Below, piece by piece: positions 49,131 to 58,073 of a DNA stretch of 64,000 nt; position 1 is the stretch's first letter, and each line of letters begins with the position of its first letter. The stretch is from Candidatus Daviesbacteria bacterium RIFCSPHIGHO2_01_FULL_41_45 (GTDB lineage Bacteria > Patescibacteriota > Microgenomatia > Daviesbacterales > UBA10151): contig MFCS01000025.1 in NCBI GenBank assembly GCA_001776975.1, positions 37,407-101,406 of the forward strand. The letters are read 5' to 3'. The position numbers and the translations under genes were made by a program. The notes under the pieces were generated by a model. The model saw only the letters and a program-made list of their open reading frames with translations, ran no database searches and had not been told where the DNA came from.

Positions 49131-51125
49131 ATGCTTCACAAAATCTTAATCTCGCTATTCCAATTCCTACTATTTTTTACCCCTTTGTTTTGGCTGCCTT
49201 TAACCTCTGAACTATTTGAGTTTAACAAGATGATGTTGGTTTACCTTTTGACTACCCTGATTACCACAGTTTGGATGCTGAAAATATTGCATCAAAAACA
49301 GCTAATATTTAAAAGAACACCCCTCGACATTCCCATCTTGCTCTTTTTAATGTCTCAAATCCTCTCCACTATTTTTTCTATTGATCAACATCTCTCTATC
49401 TGGGGTTATTACTCAAGACAAAATGGTGGACTTTTATCAATTGTTGCCTACCTGCTACTTTTTTATGCTTTTGTCTCAAACCTCAGCCGAGATGATGTTC
49501 ACAAACTATTAAAGACCGCTATTTTAGGTGGAGTTGCAGTTTCAATTTGGGCCATCCCAGAACACTTTGGAGCCTCCCCTTCTTGTTTACTGCTTACTGG
49601 TTCACTGGATACTAACTGCTGGATTCAAGACGTTCAAGCCCGGGTGTTTGCTACTCTAGGCCAACCTAATTGGTTAGCCTCATATTTAGCCATATTGATC
49701 TACCCAAGTATCTATTTCCTGCTGACCGCTGTTTCTAAAAAATCCTTGCTTCTTAATTTCACATACGTCATATTGCTCTATCTGGCTTTTACATTCACTT
49801 ACTCAAGAGGGGCAACACTAGGGCTTATAGCAGGACTAGGGGTATTTTTATCATTCTGGTTTATTCAGAATCTACGCAACAATTTTAAGCTCACTTCAAC
49901 TCCCGTTATTACCCTACTCTTAGTACTTATTCTCCTTCTGATGATTAACTTAATTTTTGGTTCAGCTCTCACCTCTTTTACATTATTTACTAAAAACTCT
50001 GCTCCAACCCGAGAATCTATTAGCGAATCTTTCAATAAACCCAGTGTTGGCACCCAACTAGAAAACGGTGGCACCGAATCGGGAGTAATCAGATTAATTG
50101 TCTGGAAGGGAGCTGTCGATATCTTTAAGTACTACCCATTAACGGGCTCTGGAGTAGAGACTTTTGCCTATGCTTATTATCAGTTTAGACCTATTGAACA
50201 CAATTTAGTCTCAGAGTGGGATTATCTTTACAACAAGGCACATAATGAGTACTTAAATTACCTGTCAACCACTGGAGCTCTTGGTTTAATTAGCTATCTA
50301 TCACTTATATTGATATTTATTATGTGGTCTGTCAGACAGATTACTAAACGTCCATATACTTCTTACACACTACTTCAGATCTCGTTACTTTCGTCATATG
50401 TTAGTTACCTAGTCTCTAACTTTTTTGGTTTCTCGGTAGTAAATACCGCCCTGTTGTTTTTTCTGATACCATCACTTGTTTTTACCATAACTCCCAAATC
50501 TCTAACACCTGTCCCTGTTAATTTTTTCCATAATACAAAAAAAATTATAGCCAGCATGGTAGTGTTACTGTTGATTTCCGTGATCATTTTATATAACTTA
50601 TTCGGGTGGTGGGTAGCCGATCATCTATATGCTAAAAGTTCCAAACAGATCGATTCAGGCGATATCGGATTAGCCTACAACAACCTCGTTACCGCAGTTT
50701 ACTTAAATCCCTTTGAACCACTATATTTATCTGAGCTATCATTCGCTGCTGCCAATTCGGCCGTAGCCCTCGAAGCAGAGGAGTCCACTGCCTCTTCACA
50801 AATGAAAGATATCTCAGCTTCTATCACTGCCAGGTTGTTAATAACACATCCCCACAACACCACATTGTTTAGAAATGCTACCCGCACTTATTACACCCTA
50901 TCGTTAATCGATCCTACTTTTATCCAAAAGACTCTCCAGGTAATTGACCAGGGAATTGACCTGGCTCCAACTGACCCCAAGTTGCTCTACAATAAAGCTC
51001 TAGTTTTAGGTTCCATGCAGAGGTTTGATGAAGCTAAAGAATTACTAATCAAAGCTTTACAGCTTAAGCCAAACTATAAAGAGGCACAAGATTTATTGGA
51101 AGAATATTTAAGGACAAAACTATAG
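49131..51125 (+). CDS. O-antigen ligase-like (Wzy_C) polytopic membrane protein fused to C-terminal TPR repeats
   Basis: Multiple transmembrane segments with a WaaL/O-antigen-ligase-like loop. C-terminal YNKALVLGSMQRFDEAKELLIKALQLKPNYKEA TPR repeats. Confidence 0.7.
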   Translation: MLHKILISLFQFLLFFTPLFWLPLTSELFEFNKMMLVYLLTTLITTVWMLKILHQKQLIFKRTPLDIPILLFLMSQILSTIFSIDQHLSIWGYYSRQNGGLLSIVAYLLLFYAFVSNLSRDDVHKLLKTAILGGVAVSIWAIPEHFGASPSCLLLTGSLDTNCWIQDVQARVFATLGQPNWLASYLAILIYPSIYFLLTAVSKKSLLLNFTYVILLYLAFTFTYSRGATLGLIAGLGVFLSFWFIQNLRNNFKLTSTPVITLLLVLILLLMINLIFGSALTSFTLFTKNSAPTRESISESFNKPSVGTQLENGGTESGVIRLIVWKGAVDIFKYYPLTGSGVETFAYAYYQFRPIEHNLVSEWDYLYNKAHNEYLNYLSTTGALGLISYLSLILIFIMWSVRQITKRPYTSYTLLQISLLSSYVSYLVSNFFGFSVVNTALLFFLIPSLVFTITPKSLTPVPVNFFHNTKKIIASMVVLLLISVIILYNLFGWWVADHLYAKSSKQIDSGDIGLAYNNLVTAVYLNPFEPLYLSELSFAAANSAVALEAEESTASSQMKDISASITARLLITHPHNTTLFRNATRTYYTLSLIDPTFIQKTLQVIDQGIDLAPTDPKLLYNKALVLGSMQRFDEAKELLIKALQLKPNYKEAQDLLEEYLRTKL

Positions 51126-51129
51126 AACC

Positions 51130-51426
51130 ATGAAAAAGATATCTTTAATCATTAATGAAACTAAATTTAAAGACAGACCTAAAAACTTATCCCAGGAGTT
51201 TCAAGTTTATGGAATATATCTGGCTGAGACTCTGGCAGACACCAAGCATTATTCACTTTATATCAAGCTAGCTAAACACTACGAAAGAAGCCTTTTGGAG
51301 CAAGCCTTAAACTTTGTTAAAGATGCCAATAAGGTTAAATCCCGAGGACGATTATTTATGTGGAAACTAAAGAATCTGAAAGATTCGCAAGGAACTACCC
51401 AAGACACTATAAAAAAAACAGATTAA
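51130..51426 (+). CDS. Hypothetical protein (98 aa)
   Basis: ORF only. Starts 5 nt after the upstream gene. Confidence 0.4.
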   Translation: MKKISLIINETKFKDRPKNLSQEFQVYGIYLAETLADTKHYSLYIKLAKHYERSLLEQALNFVKDANKVKSRGRLFMWKLKNLKDSQGTTQDTIKKTD

Positions 51427-51780
51427 TTATGGAGTTTCAGATCCAGAGGCCATTAAGTATGCCCCAGCACACGCTCCCATTATTAAAGCTGCTCCAGCTA
51501 TGGTGGCAGCCTTTGCTACCAACCTGGTTGGAAGATATACCAGAGCTGGGTGGGATAGCCCCTGTCTAGCCCATGCTAGTTGTGGGTGATGTTGTTCAAC
51601 TGTAGAAAATAACCCTCTTAAAGTAATGTCTGTACTGCCATAAGGATAGTGGTTCTTTCTGGCTACTTGTATAAAGCGGGTTTTTAATTCAAAAGCCCTA
51701 CTTGCATCAAGTAATATAAACCCTGTGTCTGCTACTTTACCCAAGAACCCTGCCCCATCTTCCAAATCACGGTCTATCAT
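51427..51780 (-). CDS. Hypothetical protein with a C-terminal hydrophobic segment
   Basis: ORF only. GC content is above the local average. Confidence 0.4.
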   Translation of the reverse strand: MIDRDLEDGAGFLGKVADTGFILLDASRAFELKTRFIQVARKNHYPYGSTDITLRGLFSTVEQHHPQLAWARQGLSHPALVYLPTRLVAKAATIAGAALIMGACAGAYLMASGSETP

Positions 51781-51828
51781 AATGAACGGAATATAGAATA
51801 TTTTTGATACATTGTCAAATAGAGAGCC

Positions 51829-52389
51829 TTGCCCGTTTACCTAGCTTTGGGTAAAATACCAGATATGGAGATTGTTAAAGCACCCGATGCCAGATTAAGG
51901 GTAAAAACAAAACAGGTTAAAAAAATTACCCCGGAACTTTTAAAAACCATTAAAGAGATGGTGCTATTAACCAAGTCCTTTGCTGATCCAGAAGGAGTGG
52001 GCTTGGCAGCAACTCAAATAGGAAACGGGGGACAATATTTTGTTAGTAAAACTAAGTCCGGGTCTTTTAGATCCGTCATTAATCCTGCAATTTTGAACTT
52101 CTCCAAAAAGACTAAAGTATTTTTTGAAGGTTGTTTGTCTATTCCAGATTACTACGGTGAGGTAAAACGTCCCATCGGAGTTACTGTTTTGTATCTTGAT
52201 GAGAAAGGTCAAAAAATTAAAAAGAAATTAACCGGACTGGAAGCGTGGATATTTCAACATGAATATGATCACCTGCAGGGCAAATTGTTTGTGGATTATG
52301 TTTTAGCACAAAAATCCCGGTTGTACAAAGTAGTAGGTAAGGATAAAACCGGAGCCGAGGTTTTTGAAGAGGTGTCTCTGGAGATATGA
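51829..52389 (+). CDS. def: Peptide deformylase
   Basis: GVGLAATQIG, EGCLSIPD, QHEYDHLQG. The real start is possibly the internal ATG near 51865. Confidence 0.93.
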   Translation: MPVYLALGKIPDMEIVKAPDARLRVKTKQVKKITPELLKTIKEMVLLTKSFADPEGVGLAATQIGNGGQYFVSKTKSGSFRSVINPAILNFSKKTKVFFEGCLSIPDYYGEVKRPIGVTVLYLDEKGQKIKKKLTGLEAWIFQHEYDHLQGKLFVDYVLAQKSRLYKVVGKDKTGAEVFEEVSLEI

Positions 52390-53213
52390 GAATCATATTT
52401 TTTGGCACTCCAGATTATGTCGTCCCGATCGTGAACGCCCTTCATAAACATTTCTCTATAGTGGCAGTTGTTACTCAACCCCCTCGACCTGTGGGTAGAA
52501 AGCAGGTCGTTACTCCATCCCCTGTCTCAGAGTGGGCAGAAAAGAATCAGATCCCGATTTTCGACAAGAAACCCGAACAGATTATTGATGAATTAAAGAA
52601 ATTAAAAGCTGACGTAGGGATCTTAGAATCTTATGGGGAAATTTTATCCTCAGAGTTAATTACATTATTTCCTCATGGGATAATTAATATTCACCCTTCA
52701 TTATTACCTAAATATCGAGGGTCCTCTCCAAATCAGGCAGTATTACTAAACGGAGACAGTGCCACAGGTATCACAGCGATTAAACTTGACTCTGAGATGG
52801 ACCATGGTCCTATACTCTTCCAAGTAGAAAAGTCAGTTTATCAGAACGATACTTTTAAAGCACTCCGAGAAAGACTCTTCGCTGACTCTGCAATCACACT
52901 CCTCGAAATATTACCCCAATATATTGCTGGAGAGATTAAACTTAGACCCCAAGATGACAAAAAGTCCACTTATACCTGGAAAACAGATCAGACAAAAGCT
53001 AAGGCCTACTTTGATATTAATAACCCCCCATCAGTTGAGGTATTAGATCGGATGAGCCGAGCTTTTTATCCCTGGCCTAATGCTTGGACAAAGTGGAACG
53101 GTAAGATTGTTAAATTGTTACCTGAAAAAAAAGTTCAGATCGAGGGTAAAAAACCAGTTTCCTTAGAAGAATTTTTGAGAGGCTATCCGGATTTTCCGAT
53201 CAAGGCACTTTAA
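52386..53213 (+). CDS. fmt: Methionyl-tRNA formyltransferase (short form)
   Basis: IIFFGTPDYVVPI, HPSLLPKYRGSSP. Overlaps def by 4 nt. Confidence 0.9.
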   Translation: MRIIFFGTPDYVVPIVNALHKHFSIVAVVTQPPRPVGRKQVVTPSPVSEWAEKNQIPIFDKKPEQIIDELKKLKADVGILESYGEILSSELITLFPHGIINIHPSLLPKYRGSSPNQAVLLNGDSATGITAIKLDSEMDHGPILFQVEKSVYQNDTFKALRERLFADSAITLLEILPQYIAGEIKLRPQDDKKSTYTWKTDQTKAKAYFDINNPPSVEVLDRMSRAFYPWPNAWTKWNGKIVKLLPEKKVQIEGKKPVSLEEFLRGYPDFPIKAL

Positions 53214-53422
53214 GCAGAAACTACGACAAAAATTTTCTTTACCACTCTTAGGCATTTAGTACAATATTTCTGACCTTTAAAAGTATGCAGATTTGGCCTT
53301 TGTATTTTAGAGTGAATGGGCGCCCTAAGTTTCCAAGTACCTCCTCCTCCAGACGAACCTTTTTTGTGGCGCGAGTACGCCAACCTTTTCATCCCTTTGT
53401 TGCAAACTGTACAAACTAACAT
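53210..53422 (-). CDS. rpmB: 50S ribosomal protein L28 (zinc-ribbon form with a Gly-rich insertion)
   Basis: CTVCNKG...RPNLH...CTKCLR, matching bL28 with two Cys pairs. Confidence 0.7.
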   Translation of the reverse strand: MLVCTVCNKGMKRLAYSRHKKGSSGGGGTWKLRAPIHSKIQRPNLHTFKGQKYCTKCLRVVKKIFVVVSA

Positions 53423-53461
53423 AAGTTTGGAAATTATACCGTATTGTGCTTAAAATTTCTA

Positions 53462-54853
53462 CTAGTTTAAGGCGCAATATTGCAAATTGCCTCTGTAAGC
53501 ATCTCTTCGCAAAACCGCGGTTGGCAGATAATCAAATAATAAAACGGCAGCAGCAAAATCAATAAACGGATCGCCTCTAACTACCTGACGATTTAAATTA
53601 ACAATCCTACCTCTTAAAAAATCATACCTATCACCTCTAGTTCTTGATTCATATTCCCTAATTCCACTATATCTACCTAGTTCATTTAATCTAGTATGAG
53701 CATAGACTAGGTAGGTCGGCAAGTGCGGGCTAAGTAGAAAATCCCTCCAGGAATGAGCCTCTTCATCTCTACCTTTTTCAATTAAAATACTAAAATCAAC
53801 TCCTCTGGCAAACGATTGAGTGACGTTGTCCGGACTACCTCCAGGCATATCAGCAACCACTAAATTATTAAACACCCTGGCTTTATTTAAATCTGTCACA
53901 CCTCTCGCTATTAATTGATCATTCCATCTTAGATTTGGGTTTCTGATAACTGGTTGTGGGCGAACTATTGATTCAATTGTTGGTGAAACTAAGTCTAAAT
54001 CAACTACACATACCTCTATATCATTCGGGTTAAATATTCCATCGCTGGCACAGTGGTAAATTAAATCTTTGGCAGATGATACGAGTGAGGCTGCAGTTGT
54101 ACTCTTGCCGGAATGGGGTGACCCACCAACAACCATCACAAATCTCTGACCTTTAAGTAGCTTACTTTTACCCCGATCTAATGCAAAGATAGCTTTTTCA
54201 TAACTATTACCTCCATCATCAAGAGTTTTAATTCTGGGGACTGTAAAATCAGTTGGGATATGTTCCAATCTGGGGTACCTAACTGGTTTCCGTAAATTAT
54301 CTCTGCTCTGACTATTATTTAATTCAACAGGAAATTGCATGATAGATCTTAAAAAATTATCGGAGGGAAGTGAATATAGGCTACCTAGAACTTGGCTTGC
54401 ATCTACATATCCAGCAGATGGAATGCCAAAATTAGCTAAAAGTTGTCTAGCTAATAATTTTGAGAGATACCCATGCTCTGGCTTGAGATTTGGTAGGGAA
54501 CGGATTCTCCACCACTCATCTTCCCTCAACCTACGGAACGGCTCCAAGGCCAAGGTTATCTGTCTTAAAGATGCTCTATCTTGTCTAGACAAGGGGCTTT
54601 CTTTAATTATCCCTTCCAATACTCCCGGATTAAGATAATCTATCTCTATATTACCCTCTCCAGTTTTAAATAACGGAATGGCCTCAGCTAATAATCCCCT
54701 GCTAACTCTTTTATCAGCTCGAATAACTAGCTCAGCCTGTGGGGCAATTACTCCTAATTTTTCCAAAACAAATCCGGCGATAACAGCAGAAGGGCTAAGC
54801 TCATCTAAAATTAAAACTTTATTAAAAGGGCCGGGAAACTTTCTTTCTTCCAT
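53462..54853 (-). CDS. Uncharacterized P-loop NTPase (463 aa)
   Basis: Walker A VVGGSPHSGKSTTAASL. Probable Walker B VCVVDLDLV. No further family-level match. Confidence 0.55.
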   Translation of the reverse strand: MEERKFPGPFNKVLILDELSPSAVIAGFVLEKLGVIAPQAELVIRADKRVSRGLLAEAIPLFKTGEGNIEIDYLNPGVLEGIIKESPLSRQDRASLRQITLALEPFRRLREDEWWRIRSLPNLKPEHGYLSKLLARQLLANFGIPSAGYVDASQVLGSLYSLPSDNFLRSIMQFPVELNNSQSRDNLRKPVRYPRLEHIPTDFTVPRIKTLDDGGNSYEKAIFALDRGKSKLLKGQRFVMVVGGSPHSGKSTTAASLVSSAKDLIYHCASDGIFNPNDIEVCVVDLDLVSPTIESIVRPQPVIRNPNLRWNDQLIARGVTDLNKARVFNNLVVADMPGGSPDNVTQSFARGVDFSILIEKGRDEEAHSWRDFLLSPHLPTYLVYAHTRLNELGRYSGIREYESRTRGDRYDFLRGRIVNLNRQVVRGDPFIDFAAAVLLFDYLPTAVLRRDAYRGNLQYCALN

Positions 54854-54890
54854 AATTCCGGGCAGAACGGTGCTTATTATAGGGCATTAG

Positions 54891-55619
54891 TTACACTAAA
54901 TCAAACTCAGACTCAATCTCCAGGAGCTGTTGTTTACGTAATACCAGATCAGAGTTGCTATCAATTATCTTTTTTGCCTCCATTAAGTGTAGTTTTGCTT
55001 TTTCTGGATTGTCACTTTTTAACATCTTGGCTAGCCTTAAGTGAGCTCCCGAGAGCCATACGTCTTTGTTATATCTTGATAACTCAACTGATTCTTCTAA
55101 ATCCCTTAAGGCTTCCTCAGCCTGTCCTATCGCTGATTTATCACCTGTCAGATACTCTGCAGCAAATTGGTGTCCTACAAAATCAGCTATCACTGCCGGC
55201 CGATTGTGTCTTTCTGGTGGTGAGGACTTTATATACTCAACAGCCATTTTAAAAGCCTTAGCTGCTTCTTTATATTCTCCAGCTTCACTATAGTACTTTC
55301 CTAAATTATGATACGGGATTGCCAAAGACTCGCTCACTCCACTCATTTTGGCCACCTCAACTGAACTCAAAACAGCGTGTTTTGCCAAAACCAAAAATTC
55401 TGGCTTTTTGGTAGCTTGATAAAGATGCTTAAAAGTAGCAAACCGAGATGATTGAATCTCAGCCAACCCCAATAAATCACCGTCCTCACTATAAGCAATA
55501 GTAGCCTGGTCACAATATTCTAAAGCCTGCTGAAACTGTCCAGACTCTTTAGCCACCTCAGCTTTAGAGTGTAGCTCACGACCTTTTTTAGACGTTACCA
55601 TAATTGGATTATACATCAT
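54891..55619 (-). CDS. TPR-repeat protein
   Basis: Repeated helical A/Y/L/K-rich modules. Confidence 0.6.
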   Translation of the reverse strand: MMYNPIMVTSKKGRELHSKAEVAKESGQFQQALEYCDQATIAYSEDGDLLGLAEIQSSRFATFKHLYQATKKPEFLVLAKHAVLSSVEVAKMSGVSESLAIPYHNLGKYYSEAGEYKEAAKAFKMAVEYIKSSPPERHNRPAVIADFVGHQFAAEYLTGDKSAIGQAEEALRDLEESVELSRYNKDVWLSGAHLRLAKMLKSDNPEKAKLHLMEAKKIIDSNSDLVLRKQQLLEIESEFDLV

Positions 55620-56299
55620 TAGAAAAGCATACTAAAATTTGTGTTAGAATAATCTTTATGACTCCTGAGACATTTGCCGGTGCTATCTTAGTTTTATTGT
55701 TTTCTATCATTTTACATGAGGTAATGCACGGGCTGGCAGCTTTATACTTTGGGGATAAAACTGCCCAAAAAATGGGTAGACTCACCTTAAATCCTCTACC
55801 TCATATTGATCCCATTGGCTCTATTTTACTACCAGGTATCCTCTTGGCTACTTCAGCCCTAACCGGGGCGGGTGGATTTTTGTTTGGCTGGGCCAAACCG
55901 GTACCTGTTAATCCTTTAAACTTTAACAACATCAGAGTTGGCGAAGCGGTAGTAGCTATCGCTGGAGTAGCTGCTAATTTAGCTTTAGCTGTTTTAGCTG
56001 CTATATTCTTCCACCTGTTTGGATCCAGTCTGTTTTTCCCACACTTAGCAAACATCTTAAGCTTTGCCGTCTCCATCAATCTTGTCTTGGCTTTTTTTAA
56101 CCTTTTACCAATCCCACCCCTTGACGGGTCAAAGCTTTTAGCTACCATCTTACCTGTGCATCTAGAAATGAAGTATCGGTCGTTGGAAAAATATGGATTT
56201 TTAATCCTCTTATTTATACTGTTTACACCTTTGGGTAATATTGTTTGGGGAATACTAAGGATCTTCATCAACTTCTTCCACAAACTACTTGGAGTTTAA
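55604..56299 (+). CDS. M50-family (site-2 protease-like) zinc metalloprotease
   Basis: HEVMHGLAA HExxH in a transmembrane segment, later LDGSKLL. Likely start at the internal ATG at 55661. Confidence 0.8.
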   Translation: MDYTSLEKHTKICVRIIFMTPETFAGAILVLLFSIILHEVMHGLAALYFGDKTAQKMGRLTLNPLPHIDPIGSILLPGILLATSALTGAGGFLFGWAKPVPVNPLNFNNIRVGEAVVAIAGVAANLALAVLAAIFFHLFGSSLFFPHLANILSFAVSINLVLAFFNLLPIPPLDGSKLLATILPVHLEMKYRSLEKYGFLILLFILFTPLGNIVWGILRIFINFFHKLLGV

Positions 56300-56567
56300 A
56301 TTCTGAGGCTAAATTAACATGTTTTGCCCCTTAAGACAACCCCTTTTTAGCTTGACTAAGAAGATGCCTTTTGCTATTCTGGTCTAAGTCTGCTTGGCAC
56401 GTTTAAATTTGAGGGTTTATTTTCCTCCATCGTTGATCTACAACGGGAGCTAAAAAGGGGTTCCGTCGTCGCTAAAGCTACGATGGACCAGGCACCCACT
56501 TGTTTTCTTAGGGGAAAAGACCTCAAATCACGTCTGAGCAGACAGAAATAATTTAGATTCCGTACTG

Positions 56568-56594
56568 TCCACCTCGCAAGGGGTGGATTTTTTT
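56568..56594 (+). terminator. Rho-independent terminator
   Basis: tCCACC-tcgcaagg-GGTGGa followed by 7 T. Confidence 0.65.
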
Positions 56595-56668
56595 GGTAAA
56601 ATACCCATATAGTCGAGATAGCTCAGTGCGAACGCTAGTGAGCGCGAGATATCGAGGCTGTACATCAT

Positions 56669-56742
56669 GCCGAGATAGCTCAGTTGGCTAGAGCGCCACT
56701 TTTGTAAAGTGGATGTCCGGGGTTCGAATCCCCGTCTCGGCT
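56669..56742 (+). tRNA. tRNA-Thr (anticodon UGU)
   Basis: Manual cloverleaf: acceptor GCCGAGA/TCTCGGC, D-arm GCTC..GAGC, anticodon stem CCACT/AGTGG with loop TTTGTAA, T-arm CGGGG-TTCGAAT-CCCCG. Confidence 0.85.
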
Positions 56743-56808
56743 CTCAGAGCGTTGCATACCTATTGTGGGTGGAACCAAGCATAAAGTTTGATAGAATTCA
56801 CTAACTAC

Positions 56809-56880
56809 GCCGAAGTGGCTCAGTGGTAGAGCACGTTCTTGGTAAGAACGGGGTCACGGGTCCGATTCCCGTCTTCGGCT
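56809..56880 (+). tRNA. tRNA-Thr (anticodon GGU), CCA encoded at 56881-56883
   Basis: Acceptor GCCGAAG/CTTCGGC, anticodon stem CGTTC/GAACG with loop TTGGTAA, T-loop TCCGATT. Confidence 0.85.
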
Positions 56881-56907
56881 CCATGTTGCTCTTTGTGTCC
56901 TTTGGAA

Positions 56908-56936
56908 TTGTAAAATCTGTGAACCTACAGTATAAT
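56908..56936 (+). promoter_or_regulatory. Sigma70-like promoter for rpmG (TTGTAA, 17 nt spacer, TATAAT). Near-leaderless transcript.
   Basis: Perfect -10 TATAAT 7 nt before the rpmG ATG. No SD. Confidence 0.4.
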
Positions 56937-56943
56937 TCTACCC

Positions 56944-57114
56944 ATGGCTAAAAAATCAAACCGACAATTAATAACTTTTGAGTGTTCTGTTTGTAAGAAT
57001 AGAAACTATTTATCAGAAAAAAATACCAATACTACTAAAGACAAAGTATCTTTGAGTAAGTATTGTAAGAGCTGTCAAAAACATACCTCTCACAGCGAGG
57101 GAAAAGTCAAATAA
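56944..57114 (+). CDS. rpmG: 50S ribosomal protein L33 (zinc-ribbon form), missed by the ORF track (56 aa)
   Basis: MAKKSNRQLITFECSVCKNRNYLSEKNTNTTKDKVSLSKYCKSCQKHTSHSEGKVK. Confidence 0.85.
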   Translation: MAKKSNRQLITFECSVCKNRNYLSEKNTNTTKDKVSLSKYCKSCQKHTSHSEGKVK

Positions 57115-57115
57115 A

Positions 57116-57670
57116 ATGTCTGAGATCCCAGATCCTTTAACTGGTCCTTCTACAGAACAGGTAAATCCTTCAACCGATAATCCCCGAGAATTTATGGATA
57201 AATTTTATGAGAGTAATATTTATCTTAAAGCTAAACAAGACTTTTTTATAGACAAAACCTTACCTGACGATGTAACTGATAAAGAAAAACAGGAGGCATT
57301 TGAACAAAGTGAAGATGCCAAGTTTGCTATGGTAGATTTTGCCAGAAAAGCATTAACATTCAAATATAATCCCGACTTATTTCCAGCTCCTTCAGCACAC
57401 GCACTTAGTACATACATTGAGAGTGTGAAAGATATGATGAAGATGTCCAGATCTGGTGTCAGCAGTACTGAAATAGAAAGCTTGGATTCACTAAGATCTA
57501 TTTATCACAATACAGCCGCTCAGACTCTGGTTGAGGACAAAGTTGTACGGTCTATCAAACTAGGCAGATCTCTTGCTAGATTGGTATTAGTTGATAAGGG
57601 TCTGGATACATTCGAGAATGCCACTAAAAAAGATATTGATCAAATCAAACGCAAGTTTGGAGCAGTATAG
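57116..57670 (+). CDS. Hypothetical acidic protein (184 aa) coupled to rpmG
   Basis: The ATG sits 1 nt after the rpmG stop (TAAAATG). No recognisable domain. Confidence 0.5.
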   Translation: MSEIPDPLTGPSTEQVNPSTDNPREFMDKFYESNIYLKAKQDFFIDKTLPDDVTDKEKQEAFEQSEDAKFAMVDFARKALTFKYNPDLFPAPSAHALSTYIESVKDMMKMSRSGVSSTEIESLDSLRSIYHNTAAQTLVEDKVVRSIKLGRSLARLVLVDKGLDTFENATKKDIDQIKRKFGAV

Positions 57671-57726
57671 TTTCTATTCTAGCTTCTTTAATAATTTACT
57701 CATTTTAAAGTATAATTTCTATGCTT

Positions 57727-57797
57727 AGGCCTGTCGTTCAATGGTAGGACAGCGGTCTCCAAAACCACTAACGAGGGTTCGATTCCTTCCAGGCCTG
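57727..57797 (+). tRNA. tRNA-Trp (anticodon CCA)
   Basis: Acceptor AGGCCTG/CAGGCCT, anticodon stem GCGGT/ACCAC (one C-A mismatch) with loop CTCCAAA, T-arm GAGGG-TTCGATT-CCTTC. Confidence 0.75.
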
Positions 57798-57799
57798 CA
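57783..57799 (+). repeat. 17-bp direct repeat, copy 1 (the 3' end of tRNA-Trp)
   Basis: ttccttccaggcctgca, identical to 57938-57954. Confidence 0.8.
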
Positions 57800-57937
57800 G
57801 GTTTCAGGTTCTCCAATTTATTGGAGGTTCTGAAAACTGCTGGGAATGAATATTAAGCGAAACCTCCCTGAGGGTTTACATAATTTCGAACTTGTGAGAA
57901 ATTACAGGATCGTTTGCCGAAGGCAAAGGTAGCCCTC

Positions 57938-57954
57938 TTCCTTCCAGGCCTGCA
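57938..57954 (+). repeat. 17-bp direct repeat, copy 2 (att-like duplicate of the tRNA-Trp 3' end)
   Basis: ttccttccaggcctgca. Preceded by the hairpin gtttgccgaaggcaaagg. Confidence 0.8.
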
Positions 57955-58073
57955 ATCTTATATACATATGCTCTTCTTGCTTGACTCAGAGGATCCAATA
58001 GTCTAGAATCTAAATTGAGGCAGAGGGCTTGACCCTGACCCCATTATTGCACCTGCATAAAGTGGAAGATGCC

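Noticed and set aside
56300-56600. Tested whether the intergenic structured region is tmRNA, RNase P RNA, SRP RNA or 6S RNA
   Set aside because: I could not find the conserved blocks, such as the tmRNA tag ORF and tRNA-like 3' end, the RNase P GGAAAGUCCGG block, or the SRP domain IV AGGAAGCAGCC. It is reported only as an unclassified putative ncRNA.
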